DNA of 64,000 bases from Promethearchaeia archaeon (lineage in GTDB: Archaea; Asgardarchaeota; Lokiarchaeia; Sigyniarchaeales; SOKP01): positions 32,001 through 96,000 of the forward strand of contig JAWOCD010000017.1 in the NCBI GenBank assembly GCA_046483985.1, read 5' to 3'. The translations under genes and the position numbers were made by a program. Numbering within the stretch: position 1 is the first letter of the stretch; the number at the start of each line of letters is the position of its first letter. Positions 1 to 9,923 of the stretch are shown here, in pieces. The notes under the pieces were generated by a model that was not told the origin of the DNA, made no database searches, and saw only the letters and a list, made by a program, of their open reading frames with translations.

Positions 1-70
1 CCTTTTCCTCAACCATATTTAAAGAAATAAAAAATTAAATATGTATTTAAGGGTTACGGAAAATACAAAA

Positions 71-343
71 TTAGCTATTCTTATTTTTTTCTTTGGAGTT
101 GATTTCCTCAGTGGTTTCTTCGGAGAAATAGACAAAAACAAGGGAAATCCCAAATGCAACGATTAGGGTAAACGGATCAGCACCGATCATTGAGATTACA
201 AAAATGGCAATACTTATTGTAATAAGAAGCGAGTAACCAATGATTTTCCATTTAGTTAGCTCCTCTTCTTCCGAGGGTTTCTCAATTTCGGCTTTCTTTT
301 TGACTGGTTTTGAATTAATAGGTTCTGATCCATTCATTTTCAA
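71..343 (-). CDS. small membrane protein (2 TM), unknown function
   Basis: 90-aa ORF with two hydrophobic segments flanked by charged termini. Confidence 0.6.
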   Translation of the reverse strand: MKMNGSEPINSKPVKKKAEIEKPSEEEELTKWKIIGYSLLITISIAIFVISMIGADPFTLIVAFGISLVFVYFSEETTEEINSKEKNKNS

Positions 344-473
344 CTATAATAAAAAAGTATCTGGAACATTTATATTTTCATCGTTTTCAAGAAAGAAATT
401 TTTAATATAAATAAAGGTTAATTAAAATTATATCATAATAAACATAAACTTAACAATAATCTTCCGAATTAAT

Positions 474-860
474 ATGAATATTCATATTCTAAATATTGGC
501 GAATGCGGCAAATGCAGCTCAATGTTGACTTCTTATTTAACTTCAAACCCTTATCCTTTTGATTTTACGGATGATCCAGAGAAATGTGATATCTTGCTCA
601 TAGTGGGATGTATGTTAAAGGTTCAGCGTGATCCTTTAATGGAGTTTTGGAAACAGATGCCGAAAGAACACAAAATCGTAAAAATCGGAAATTGCTCCAC
701 GGAAGAAAAAAGCATATTTAATCTTAATTGGGACTCCGGGCTTAAAAATAAGGCTATTGATAAAGATAATATCGCGGAACGTATTCCCATTGATAAATAT
801 GTAAAAGGATGTCCTCCAGAAATAGAAGAATTCCAAAAATGCTTTAACGAACTTGTCTAA
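474..860 (+). CDS. NuoB/[NiFe]-hydrogenase small-subunit-like Fe-S protein (Oxidored_q6 fold), stand-alone
   Basis: ECGKC...DILLIVG...IGNC...KGCPP match the four-Cys NuoB-family motifs. Confidence 0.75.
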   Translation: MNIHILNIGECGKCSSMLTSYLTSNPYPFDFTDDPEKCDILLIVGCMLKVQRDPLMEFWKQMPKEHKIVKIGNCSTEEKSIFNLNWDSGLKNKAIDKDNIAERIPIDKYVKGCPPEIEEFQKCFNELV

Positions 861-863
861 TCA

Positions 864-903
864 TAATCTGATCTAATCTAATTTGATCTAATTTAATCTA
901 ATT
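864..903. repeat. pentamer tandem repeat (TRATY)x8
   Basis: taatc tgatc taatc taatt tgatc taatt taatc taatt, between convergent genes and overlapping the stop of 893..2401. Confidence 0.8.
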
Positions 904-2401
904 TTGCGCCGCATTCTGGACAAACATAGACGGTTTTTATTGTGGCCCCGCAAATCTGACAGACCTTGATTTTATCCCTTTTTTTTGATTTTGGAGGGCT
1001 AAGTGATGTAATAGATCTCTTCGTGTCTTGTTTTTTCATTTTGATATTTTCTTGAGAAGATGTTCCTGGACTCCTTTTTTGTTGGGAATTGAAGATAACT
1101 TCTTGCCCGAGAAAGCCTCCTAGTTTTACCTTTCCTTGCACTCGAGATGATGGAGGAATGTCAGGGGGAGTCAAAGGATTTTTTAACGTACGTTCTTCTG
1201 ACCTTACCAAACACTCAGAATTGCTCTCTCTTTTCATTGCAGTTTCATCCTTATGACTTTCGGGTATATGCTCGTATTTATTTTGTTCTATTTCCGGTTT
1301 TACTTCTGTTTCTTTAACGGGATCATCAATTCCGTCTCCAAGATTTCTAAGCTCACTTGAATTATTCTTTTCGAGGTGGTCTGTGGGTGTTACTGACCCT
1401 TCCATGGATAAATCGGACGATTCCTCCCTCTTTTGATATAGTTCTTGATACTCTTCTTCTGAGTAAGATTCTTCCATTTCTTCTTTAAAAGCTTTTACAA
1501 ATTCTTTATCCAACTTGAGCAATGTGCCACATTGTGGACATCGGAAGATATGGTTAAAGCCGATATTATGAGTGAGAGAATGTTGGGCTGCGCAGCAACC
1601 GTGAAACTTCGCACCACAATTATAACATTTGTGAGTCTCATCTGAATTAGCAGTACAAATTGGGCAGAGTTCTGATTGGCATAAGCTACAACTTTTTTCT
1701 TCGTTGGGTTCTAAAGATAGTAATTCGGCAGCCATTTTCTCATAAAATATTTTATCCTTTTCCAAGATATTTTCCTCTTCGGGTTGGATTTTATTAAACT
1801 CTTGTTTGTTTTTGATTAGGGATAAAAAAATATTTTCAAACTGTTTTTCTGTCTGACAGTAAAAAATGCCCCCTTGAGTTTCAGAGCTGATGATTTTTAA
1901 TTTAATGTCATCTTCGTAAAATCTTTGATTTCCAATCCTTAGTATGTCAACGTAGGTGTGAAATTGTTTGGATTTTGAAATTAACTCATAGACTGCTCTA
2001 TGATAATCCTCCGAACGTTTACTAGGAGAATCTGTAAGAATAATTATCCGAAAAACTTTTGATTCCCTTTTGCTTTTCCGAAATATATATGAGAGTATTT
2101 CAAAAAGACCGTTTTCAAATCTACTCTGCTCTTGTTCTCTTTCTTTCCAAGCCTTTTTTATTGTATCTAACAACTCTTTAATCTCGGTTGTATCGTAAAT
2201 GGTGATCGGATTATCGTTTTCTAAAAATAAGACGCACCCATAAGATGCGTTCGATGAATAATATTTATGCTTCTCATGCATAAAATTACGGAGCATCGAA
2301 AGTAGGTTTTTTCTTTTGATATGATCTTCTAATAGGTCAAGATAAAAAATTACTTCCTCAACGGCTGGCTTTTCTATGGGGTTCATTACCTTTTCAAACA
2401 T
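893..2401 (-). CDS. vWA domain + RING/PHD-type Zn finger + disordered linker + C-terminal double CxxC Zn ribbon
   Basis: EEVIFYLD, FENGL, RIIILTDSP and ETQGG vWA elements; CSLC..CPIC..CYNCxxxxHxCC..CPQC; terminal CQIC..CPEC. Confidence 0.75.
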   Translation of the reverse strand: MFEKVMNPIEKPAVEEVIFYLDLLEDHIKRKNLLSMLRNFMHEKHKYYSSNASYGCVLFLENDNPITIYDTTEIKELLDTIKKAWKEREQEQSRFENGLFEILSYIFRKSKRESKVFRIIILTDSPSKRSEDYHRAVYELISKSKQFHTYVDILRIGNQRFYEDDIKLKIISSETQGGIFYCQTEKQFENIFLSLIKNKQEFNKIQPEEENILEKDKIFYEKMAAELLSLEPNEEKSCSLCQSELCPICTANSDETHKCYNCGAKFHGCCAAQHSLTHNIGFNHIFRCPQCGTLLKLDKEFVKAFKEEMEESYSEEEYQELYQKREESSDLSMEGSVTPTDHLEKNNSSELRNLGDGIDDPVKETEVKPEIEQNKYEHIPESHKDETAMKRESNSECLVRSEERTLKNPLTPPDIPPSSRVQGKVKLGGFLGQEVIFNSQQKRSPGTSSQENIKMKKQDTKRSITSLSPPKSKKRDKIKVCQICGATIKTVYVCPECGAKLD

Positions 2402-2516
2402 CCTTGCGGCAGAATCTTCAAAAAATTAAATCTTATAAAAATTATTTAAACTTCTCTATTAACAATACAAAAAGTCTTATTTAATTTTATTGATCTCAAG
2501 GGACTCTTGGGATCAG

Positions 2517-3911
2517 TTAAAAATTAGATAGGTCGCTATCACAGTTAGGGCAAGACCTCTCATCTCCTCTCAAGTGCGACCCGCATATTGGACAAATCTT
2601 TAACTTCGATTTAGAGTGATTAAATTCTTCATTATAACCGTCTTGTGTTGGGGTCCAAACTGACGATTTTCTATCACCTTGGGGGGACTCTCTCTCTTGT
2701 CTTTTTGTCCCTCCACTTTTGGTATCCCTCGTTCTTTTCTCTTGATATATAATTTTACCATTCTTTTTCCTAACTGTATATACACTTCCAAAAAACCCAC
2801 CCACTCTTATCTTCTTGACATTTTCCCCTCTCTCTTGAGGCTCGTTTCGTTTGATATTGGGAACAGTCCTCTTGCTTGGTTCTACTTTATTGGAGGTTCT
2901 TGGTTTTTCGAATTTATGGTTTTTCAAATCTGTGTCGACTTTGACCTCTTCTTTTGCTTGAGATTTAGGCTGGTTTAGTCCCATGACATCCTTAACAGTT
3001 TCGAGTTCAGTATCCATATCCTTTATCCTTTTAACTTCTCTTTCTTCTATTTGAAGTAAAATATGGCATTCCGGACAGCGGAAGATGTTTGGGATTCCAA
3101 TATTATTATCCATAACGTAGTTAGTTAGGCAACAATGATGAAATGCAGAACCACATTCTTCACATACTGAATGCACATCATTTATATCGACACATATCGG
3201 ACAAATAAGTTCTTCACAAAAGTAACAGGAGAGATTTTCCGTATTTTCAGGTTCCTCCAGAGTTTTTGCTAATTTTCGATAAAAATTATAATCGTCTTCA
3301 TCGATATGAATTTCGTTTCCTTTATCTTGAAATCGACGCACTAATTGCTTATTTTTTACTAATTTCTTAATAACATCTCGAAACTCATCTTTATCATGTA
3401 CATAGAAGATTTCGCCGTTTGTTTCGTCTACCAATACATTAAGTTTAACGTCATCCTTGAAAAACCGCTTTCCTTCTTCCTCTACTCTGATAATATCAAT
3501 AAACGTGGGAAAGATTTTAATTTTTGAAATCAAATTGAATAATGCGTCTTGATATTCTTCAGATAAATCACTGGGAGTGTCTGTAATTACAATAATTCTA
3601 TAAAATTTTGGTTTTTTCCGTACAGTCTCTGAAATGTAACTGAAGATATAAAACAAGCCGTTTTCGAAATGACTTTTTTTCTTAGGACGATTTTTCCAGT
3701 TTTCTTTAATAGCGTCTATAATAACCTCTGAATCCTTTTTATCCGTAATAAAAACCGGGTTTCCCTCCTCTTGAAAGAGTAAAGCTCCGTATCTTCCTTT
3801 CTGATTAACCTTTCGTTTATTTTCGATGTAAAACTTAATAGCTTTGGTAATATATCTTCTTTTCAAGAGCTTTTTTGATATATCAATATAAAAAAAAATA
3901 TCTTCTCCCAT
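2517..3911 (-). CDS. vWA + RING/PHD-type Zn finger + C-terminal Zn ribbon; tandem paralog of 893..2401
   Basis: EDIFFYIDIS, FENGLF, RIIVITDTPS, DDVKL, CYFC..CPIC..CEEC..HHCC..IFRCPEC shared with the neighbour. Confidence 0.75.
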   Translation of the reverse strand: MGEDIFFYIDISKKLLKRRYITKAIKFYIENKRKVNQKGRYGALLFQEEGNPVFITDKKDSEVIIDAIKENWKNRPKKKSHFENGLFYIFSYISETVRKKPKFYRIIVITDTPSDLSEEYQDALFNLISKIKIFPTFIDIIRVEEEGKRFFKDDVKLNVLVDETNGEIFYVHDKDEFRDVIKKLVKNKQLVRRFQDKGNEIHIDEDDYNFYRKLAKTLEEPENTENLSCYFCEELICPICVDINDVHSVCEECGSAFHHCCLTNYVMDNNIGIPNIFRCPECHILLQIEEREVKRIKDMDTELETVKDVMGLNQPKSQAKEEVKVDTDLKNHKFEKPRTSNKVEPSKRTVPNIKRNEPQERGENVKKIRVGGFFGSVYTVRKKNGKIIYQEKRTRDTKSGGTKRQERESPQGDRKSSVWTPTQDGYNEEFNHSKSKLKICPICGSHLRGDERSCPNCDSDLSNF

Positions 3912-4075
3912 GATTCATAAGTTCCAAAATTTAATATTATTAAATTGGTAAAATTGTTCCAATTTATAAAAATTTATCAAGATCCTAGAAGACATAAGCA
4001 ATTATTTTATTAAAAAATTGACTAAATTATTTTAGAGATCATGGCAAAATTCTTATTAAGAAAATAAAATTTATT

Positions 4076-6202
4076 GTGAATAATTTATACAAGAACGAGA
4101 AGAAGATGAAAAAGTTTTTAAACCAATTAGGACTCTCTGATGGGGCAATCAACTTGTATTTAAAAAGCTTAATCAATTCCCCATTAACATTTTATGAGAT
4201 AAAATCCATTATGCCAGATTCCTTGTCCCAAAAGGAGCTTAAGGAGACTTTAGCTGAACTTGAAGATCATAATCTCATAATAATTGTCAGACCTGATTCT
4301 TCTGAGACCTTATCGTTTTATTATTCAATTCCCCCAATTTCTCCTATCCTTAATTATTATTCAAATATAAATGAGAATTTACCAAATATTAATGAAAAAA
4401 TTAGAGAACTATTAAGCCAATCTTTGGAGAACATTTTTGAAAATGAAAATCCGGTGAAATTGGATTCCCTTTTGGAGGATTTTAATTACGTGTATAAAGA
4501 TCTTGATGAACAATATCTTATTCAAAAGCATGATGTAGATGATTTAATCAAAGACATCAAAGAAATAAAAAATCTAATGGAGACTATTCCGGAAATTTCA
4601 GAAATTTTTAGAAATGTTCATGAACGAATCCGAAGTATCTCCCAAATTCAATTTGCAAAGTTAATTAAGATATTGAAGAATATCAGGAAAAAAATCACAA
4701 AGCAAGTGAAAGAACTTGAAATGAGAAAGCACGAGGAGGAAATCATCGAGATTGTCGAGAATGTGTTTAAGGAAAATCTCCAAGAAATGGTTGACGATTT
4801 TACGAATGAACTCTTTGATTTGATCGATGAAGAATTTGATAAGGTCCAAGGACCCATCGATGAAAAGGTAAAAGGACCCTTAGAAGGATTTTTAAACAAA
4901 TCATTTAGCCAGTTAGACGAACTAAAGACATTATATTATAATACAATTGATCAATTTAAAGAAGAACTTGAAAAAATTAAAGAAATCATAGTTACCAATA
5001 AAGAAAATCTCGATGAGAATCTTGACCAATTAAAGCAAAACATTTCTGAAGGATTTAATGATGTGGTGTTGGAATCCTTAACTAACGTGTCACAGTTAAG
5101 TAAGCCGATTCAAACCGTGTTGGAGACCTATTATGAATCAATGCTCACTCCTGAGGCATTTTCCATCGAGAATTTCTGGGAGGTAAAGTCTATCACCCGT
5201 ATTAATGAAGAGATTTTTCAAATAGTCAACAATTCCAAGGATCAAGTAATGCTCATCCTTCCAAAATTAGAGCATCATATAAATTTAGATATGTTTGAAA
5301 AGGTTGATACAAGCATTAACTTTAAAATTGCGGCGGCGAACCCCCACACCAACAGCAAAGTAAAGAAATATAAGGAAAAATCAAATATCACTTATCGGCA
5401 ATTATCAAACAAGAGAATAATAGCTGTTCAGGGGGACGATAATCACATTCTTATTGCCGTGAAAAAGCCAGATACTGAAGATATCTTAGATAATTGTTTA
5501 GGGTTTAGTACAAATTATAAACCTTTGATAAAAGTCCTTACGTCTTCGATTAAGCCGATTTGGAAGGCTGCAAAATCCGAAAAGGTTTCAAGAACGAAAG
5601 TAGAAGCTGGGTCTTCTTCTAAATTTCAAAGAGAACGCCCCCAACTCACACCAGTTGGTAGAGAAACTAAAACACAGAATCAAACCAAACAGCCAGTTAA
5701 ACAGACTTCTACGGCCCAAGGACAAACGACTCAAAAGACTCAAACTAGCTCGCAACCATCAGAAGCCCCCAAGAATCAAAAAGGGGAGAAATCCGCTTTC
5801 AACCACGACCCAACAGCTACAACTTCCCAAAAACCCGAAACCACTTCACAGCAATCTACACAAAAGCCAGCCGAAGAGGCTCAGCCAACCCAAAATGCCC
5901 AATCAACTGGTCAGTTCAAGTCGCAGGTTCACCCCGATCCCTCCGATCCAGTCGCTGTTGCCATTGATAATGCATTTAATAAATTATTACAGAATCTTAA
6001 TTCTATGAATGGCATTCAATTCAGCCAACTTTTAGAGCAAGCCGCTGATGTAATTCTGGAACAAAAGGGATTTTCCGTAACTTTACATAACATTAGGAAG
6101 TGGATAAATTCCTATAAAAATAAAAAAGAACCCTTGAGCGGGGATGATAAATCACAAATCTTTTCTGCCATTGAAACATGGAAGAAGCGGATATTTGAAT
6201 AA
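4076..6202 (+). CDS. TrmB-like wHTH + long coiled coil + PLD-like/TrmB effector domain + Q/T-rich linker + helical C-terminal domain
   Basis: LNQLGLSDGAINLYL N-terminus; ~250-aa heptad region; INEEIFQIVNNSKDQVMLILP; start may be the ATG about 10 codons in. Confidence 0.6.
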   Translation: MNNLYKNEKKMKKFLNQLGLSDGAINLYLKSLINSPLTFYEIKSIMPDSLSQKELKETLAELEDHNLIIIVRPDSSETLSFYYSIPPISPILNYYSNINENLPNINEKIRELLSQSLENIFENENPVKLDSLLEDFNYVYKDLDEQYLIQKHDVDDLIKDIKEIKNLMETIPEISEIFRNVHERIRSISQIQFAKLIKILKNIRKKITKQVKELEMRKHEEEIIEIVENVFKENLQEMVDDFTNELFDLIDEEFDKVQGPIDEKVKGPLEGFLNKSFSQLDELKTLYYNTIDQFKEELEKIKEIIVTNKENLDENLDQLKQNISEGFNDVVLESLTNVSQLSKPIQTVLETYYESMLTPEAFSIENFWEVKSITRINEEIFQIVNNSKDQVMLILPKLEHHINLDMFEKVDTSINFKIAAANPHTNSKVKKYKEKSNITYRQLSNKRIIAVQGDDNHILIAVKKPDTEDILDNCLGFSTNYKPLIKVLTSSIKPIWKAAKSEKVSRTKVEAGSSSKFQRERPQLTPVGRETKTQNQTKQPVKQTSTAQGQTTQKTQTSSQPSEAPKNQKGEKSAFNHDPTATTSQKPETTSQQSTQKPAEEAQPTQNAQSTGQFKSQVHPDPSDPVAVAIDNAFNKLLQNLNSMNGIQFSQLLEQAADVILEQKGFSVTLHNIRKWINSYKNKKEPLSGDDKSQIFSAIETWKKRIFE

Positions 6203-6259
6203 CTGCTTCAAAAAACGTGAGAAAAGAGAATAAAAATACTTTTTTATTATTATTTTAAA

Positions 6260-7063
6260 TTAATGAGCGGAGGTTGCACTTGTGTTTTTTTCTGTTTCTT
6301 CGGGTACATCTATAAAAAACCCCCTGATGAGATATAACAGCTCGATTGTCAACATTACAAAGAAAAAAATACTGGCGAACATGGAAAGACCAAATCCCGG
6401 TTCCGTTATTCCGATAATTCCGAATATGGGAACCGCGGGGGCAAAGCAGATAAAAAGCATATACACGAATTTATCTTTTTCTTTGAAATGAATATGAGTC
6501 GTTATATTGAACCATCCAACCACAATCATTAAAAAGGATATTATGAGACTTGAAAAAAAGGGAAATGGTTCGGTCATTCCCGCTTGCCCTGGTCCACCTA
6601 ACGCATACGCCCAAAAGAAATTACCGAAGAAAAAGCAAATAAGCATTAATCCGGTAAGAGGTGTAGGGACTCCTTCATATCCCGGTTCCTCCGAGATATT
6701 AAATCGAGCTAATCTGAGTACTGCTCCTAATGAGAAGCAGACACAACCGATAATTAATATAATGTTCAGTTCAAAAATATTAGTTTTAAACGCTTGATAT
6801 GTTAATACCGCGGGGGCAATTCCAAATGTTAATGAGTCATTAAGACTATCCAGCTGAATACCGAGTTCATTTACCGTGTTTGTCTTCCGTGCAATATATC
6901 CATCCATTAAATCCGTTGCCACCGTCAGTGTGAGGAAAAAAAAACCGATACACAGAGATGCTCGATCTCCGATGGTAGCACAGATTAATGCAAGTATGCC
7001 TAGCGTTGTACCTGTTATGGTGACATAATCCTTCAATTTCATGAGTTTGGGCATGGAAGTCAT
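6260..7063 (-). CDS. pssA: CDP-alcohol phosphatidyltransferase (archaetidylserine/phosphatidylserine synthase-like)
   Basis: DLMDGYIARK..ELGIQLDSLNDSLTFGIAPA signature; LRLARFN; GVPTP. Confidence 0.85.
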   Translation of the reverse strand: MTSMPKLMKLKDYVTITGTTLGILALICATIGDRASLCIGFFFLTLTVATDLMDGYIARKTNTVNELGIQLDSLNDSLTFGIAPAVLTYQAFKTNIFELNIILIIGCVCFSLGAVLRLARFNISEEPGYEGVPTPLTGLMLICFFFGNFFWAYALGGPGQAGMTEPFPFFSSLIISFLMIVVGWFNITTHIHFKEKDKFVYMLFICFAPAVPIFGIIGITEPGFGLSMFASIFFFVMLTIELLYLIRGFFIDVPEETEKNTSATSAH

Positions 7064-7425
7064 ATAATCAAAATCATCAACTTTTTATTTCTATAATAAA
7101 TATTACCTTTTCTAATTAAAAATCTTTTTCTTAAGGGGTTTTGTTTCGCATTATTTAGAATTGATTAATTTTCGTGAAATGCCCTTTTTTATATATTATC
7201 AAGAAGTTATATTCGTATTTATCTCATTTTGTCTCGGAATTATCACACCCGCAAAAAAAAACCAAAACGCTCTAAAGATAATTCAAGGGCTCCTAAAAAA
7301 CCATAGTCCCTCCTCGAACGGGAACTTCGAAACGATTTAGCGGCAGTTGGGTAACAGAGAATGAGAACGTAAAAATTTAAAAATAAAATACGCAAAAGTT
7401 AAGTTAATATAAAAAAAATAATTAT

Positions 7426-8175
7426 GTGTATAAAATGTCAAATAAATTTTGTCCAAAATGCGGAGCAGAACTAGCGGATCCTACCCAGAAATTATGTGAG
7501 AATTGCGGCGCGGAAATTCCAGAGGATCAATTAAGCGAATCAGAGGAAAAGGATTCCTCTCAAACAATCCAAAACAATCCCTCTCCTCCCCCTAGTGAGG
7601 CGGGCTTGTTTGATATTAATAGAAACTATTATATATTAAAGGAAAAGTATTGGGATTGGGGTTCTGGAGATATTTTAGACCAAGAAAATCAAGTAATCGG
7701 AAAAATGAAACGGAAGCTCTTGAGCCTTCGAAGAAAGATTGAATTGAGGGAGAAAGATGGTTCGGTTTCTGCCACCATTCATAAAAAAATTCTGTCATTG
7801 CGCGGAGCCCATGATCTTAAAACACCTGATGGAGAATTAATTGCCCGGATTAAGAAAAAGTTTCTCAGTTTCTTCCGCCCAAAATTTTTCCTGGAAGACC
7901 CAAAAGGAAATCGATGGTTTGAAGCACAAGGGGAATTTATGGGCTTCTCTTTTAAGATCACGGATGCCCAAACAGGCGAATTGATCGCTGAAGTTGAGAA
8001 AGCAGATCGATGGCGGGATGTTTTCATGGGCGGCGTATTAGATTTTAAGGATACATATGCGTTACGTATCTTAGATAATGAAACTGATCGCAGAATTCTA
8101 CTTGGCTTTGTGATTACAATTGATAACGTAATCCACGATGATTCAAGCGGCGGAATTCTTAGCTCCTTAACATAA
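7426..8175 (+). CDS. Zn-ribbon + LURP-one/scramblase (Tubby-C-like) protein
   Basis: FCPKCG..CENCG; repeated 'G.LIA.I.KKFLS' beta units; DTYALRI. Confidence 0.8.
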   Translation: MYKMSNKFCPKCGAELADPTQKLCENCGAEIPEDQLSESEEKDSSQTIQNNPSPPPSEAGLFDINRNYYILKEKYWDWGSGDILDQENQVIGKMKRKLLSLRRKIELREKDGSVSATIHKKILSLRGAHDLKTPDGELIARIKKKFLSFFRPKFFLEDPKGNRWFEAQGEFMGFSFKITDAQTGELIAEVEKADRWRDVFMGGVLDFKDTYALRILDNETDRRILLGFVITIDNVIHDDSSGGILSSLT

Positions 8176-8368
8176 TTAAATGATTTAATTCATCTTTTCT
8201 TTTTGTTTTTATTTTCTTCCGAAGTATTGGAACTTCAATTGGTTTGCAAAAAATAAAATATAAATTGGTTAAATCTAATATCTTGTTAAGAGTATTTTAA
8301 TTAATAATTTGTATGATATTAATTCTATTTAAAGAATAGATCAGAATTAGAGAAAGTGATAAGATAGT

Positions 8369-9481
8369 ATGACTGAAGAAGAATTCGAAGGTCAGGACCA
8401 TTATGACCCGTTTATGATTTACGAGCTGGACGATTCGGGAGAAAGAATTCTGACTGATATAACTGAAGATGAATTCCGTGAAGATAACGGAAAAATTGTT
8501 TTACATCCCGAGCAAGTCGTGGTTATCGTGAAAGAAGATATCAGGCGTATTTACATTTGGAAAGGCTCAAAATCCCCGGTTCGAAAACGATTTATTAGTT
8601 CTCGGGTGGCCCAAGGACTTCAAGAGGAATTGGTAAAGGTTGCGGCATTTCATCGATGTAAAATCGTCTCTGTCGATCAGGGTGATGAACCCGTTGATTT
8701 TCTAAACGCGTTTGACTTCGAATCGATGGAAGTCACAGAAGTCTTGGAAGATATGAGATATGTCCGGAATGTCGATAGGGAAAAAGCTGTAAATGCTCCA
8801 GAACCAAAAAAGTCCAAGAAGAAGGTAAAATCAGAGTCCGATTCGGGGTATTATTCTCCTGCACTTGAAGAGCTTGAAGAGGAAACAGGCAAAAAAATTG
8901 ACACTGGCGTGAAGATGGCATCCAAGAAAAAGGTAAAAACCGTTTCATCACCGCCGAGCACACCAAAACCTACTTCCTCAAGGCGCTCAAGACGTCCCCG
9001 GCGGTCTTATTCTAGAAAGTCCCGTAAATCCGCTAAAAAATCAACATTATCTCAGGAAAGACGAAAAGAAATTATGGATAAAATTGTTGAAATGGATCTT
9101 CCCAAAAATCATAAGCGCCAAAACTTAGTGATTGGTCATACCCTTTATGGAGCAGTCTCAAAAAAAGTTGATGTATTAGGAAAAGAAATCCTTGAAACAG
9201 AATGGGAACCTGTGAAAAAGCTTCCGAAAGGAATGATTGAGTTGGATGATGTGAAATTACGGGTCTACTTTGACGAGGAAGAAGGAAAAATCGTGGAGGC
9301 GTTGGAAATTCTTAAAAAACAAGATTCTTCTGTTAAAGAAATAAAAGAAGAACCACAAGTTGTTCAACCTTCAAAAAAAGAAGAAAAAGAAGAAAAACCA
9401 GAAGAAGAGACGGAAGAAGAACAGCAAGAAGTTAAGGAAGAAAAGCGTGAATTACCAAAGATTCCAAGTGCTGAGGATTAG
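8369..9481 (+). CDS. single gelsolin/villin-domain protein with basic linker and extra C-terminal domain
   Basis: LHPEQVVVI..IYIWKGSKSPVRKRFISSRVA..VDQGDEPVDFL gelsolin repeat signature. Confidence 0.85.
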   Translation: MTEEEFEGQDHYDPFMIYELDDSGERILTDITEDEFREDNGKIVLHPEQVVVIVKEDIRRIYIWKGSKSPVRKRFISSRVAQGLQEELVKVAAFHRCKIVSVDQGDEPVDFLNAFDFESMEVTEVLEDMRYVRNVDREKAVNAPEPKKSKKKVKSESDSGYYSPALEELEEETGKKIDTGVKMASKKKVKTVSSPPSTPKPTSSRRSRRPRRSYSRKSRKSAKKSTLSQERRKEIMDKIVEMDLPKNHKRQNLVIGHTLYGAVSKKVDVLGKEILETEWEPVKKLPKGMIELDDVKLRVYFDEEEGKIVEALEILKKQDSSVKEIKEEPQVVQPSKKEEKEEKPEEETEEEQQEVKEEKRELPKIPSAED

Positions 9482-9521
9482 TATTTAATAGGATCTGAAA
9501 TTTCTATAGGGAATTTAAAGT

Positions 9522-9923
9522 TTATTTCAGAAATATGGTCTTTTCTAAATTCTCGAAATGAGGATCCCCAGAAACTACAGAAAGATCATTATGGAAAGCA
9601 GTTTCAATAATACTTGCATCTGCCAAACCTATCTCCTCCATTGATTCTCTTAATTTCCACTTTCTTGGACCTGAATTTTTTGCAACTTCGATTGAAAGGG
9701 GAACAATTTTAGAATTGGAGATAATAAATTTATAACGTTCTTTCCATTCAACATGCAGTCCTTCTCGATAATACTTATCGGATAATTCAGCAATTGAAAT
9801 GATTGAGGTATAGATTTTTCCGTTCTCAATTAAATTCTTAACCGTTTTTCCTTTCTTACTTCCAATAAAATATTCAATCCAAGCAAACGTATCCAAAAGA
9901 TATTTATTCTTCTCTGAAGACAA
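9522..9923 (-). CDS. vapC: VapC-type PIN-domain toxin
   Basis: LLDTFAWIEY, SIAEL, LADA, SGDPHF acidic PIN motifs. Confidence 0.9.
   Translation of the reverse strand: MSSEKNKYLLDTFAWIEYFIGSKKGKTVKNLIENGKIYTSIISIAELSDKYYREGLHVEWKERYKFIISNSKIVPLSIEVAKNSGPRKWKLRESMEEIGLADASIIETAFHNDLSVVSGDPHFENLEKTIFLK

Noticed and set aside
864-903. CRISPR array
   Set aside because: 5-bp units without spacers; no cas genes or repeat-spacer arrays seen anywhere in the window
7240-7370. Slightly GC-richer intergenic stretch, possible RNA gene
   Set aside because: No convincing helices or known RNA motifs found by eye
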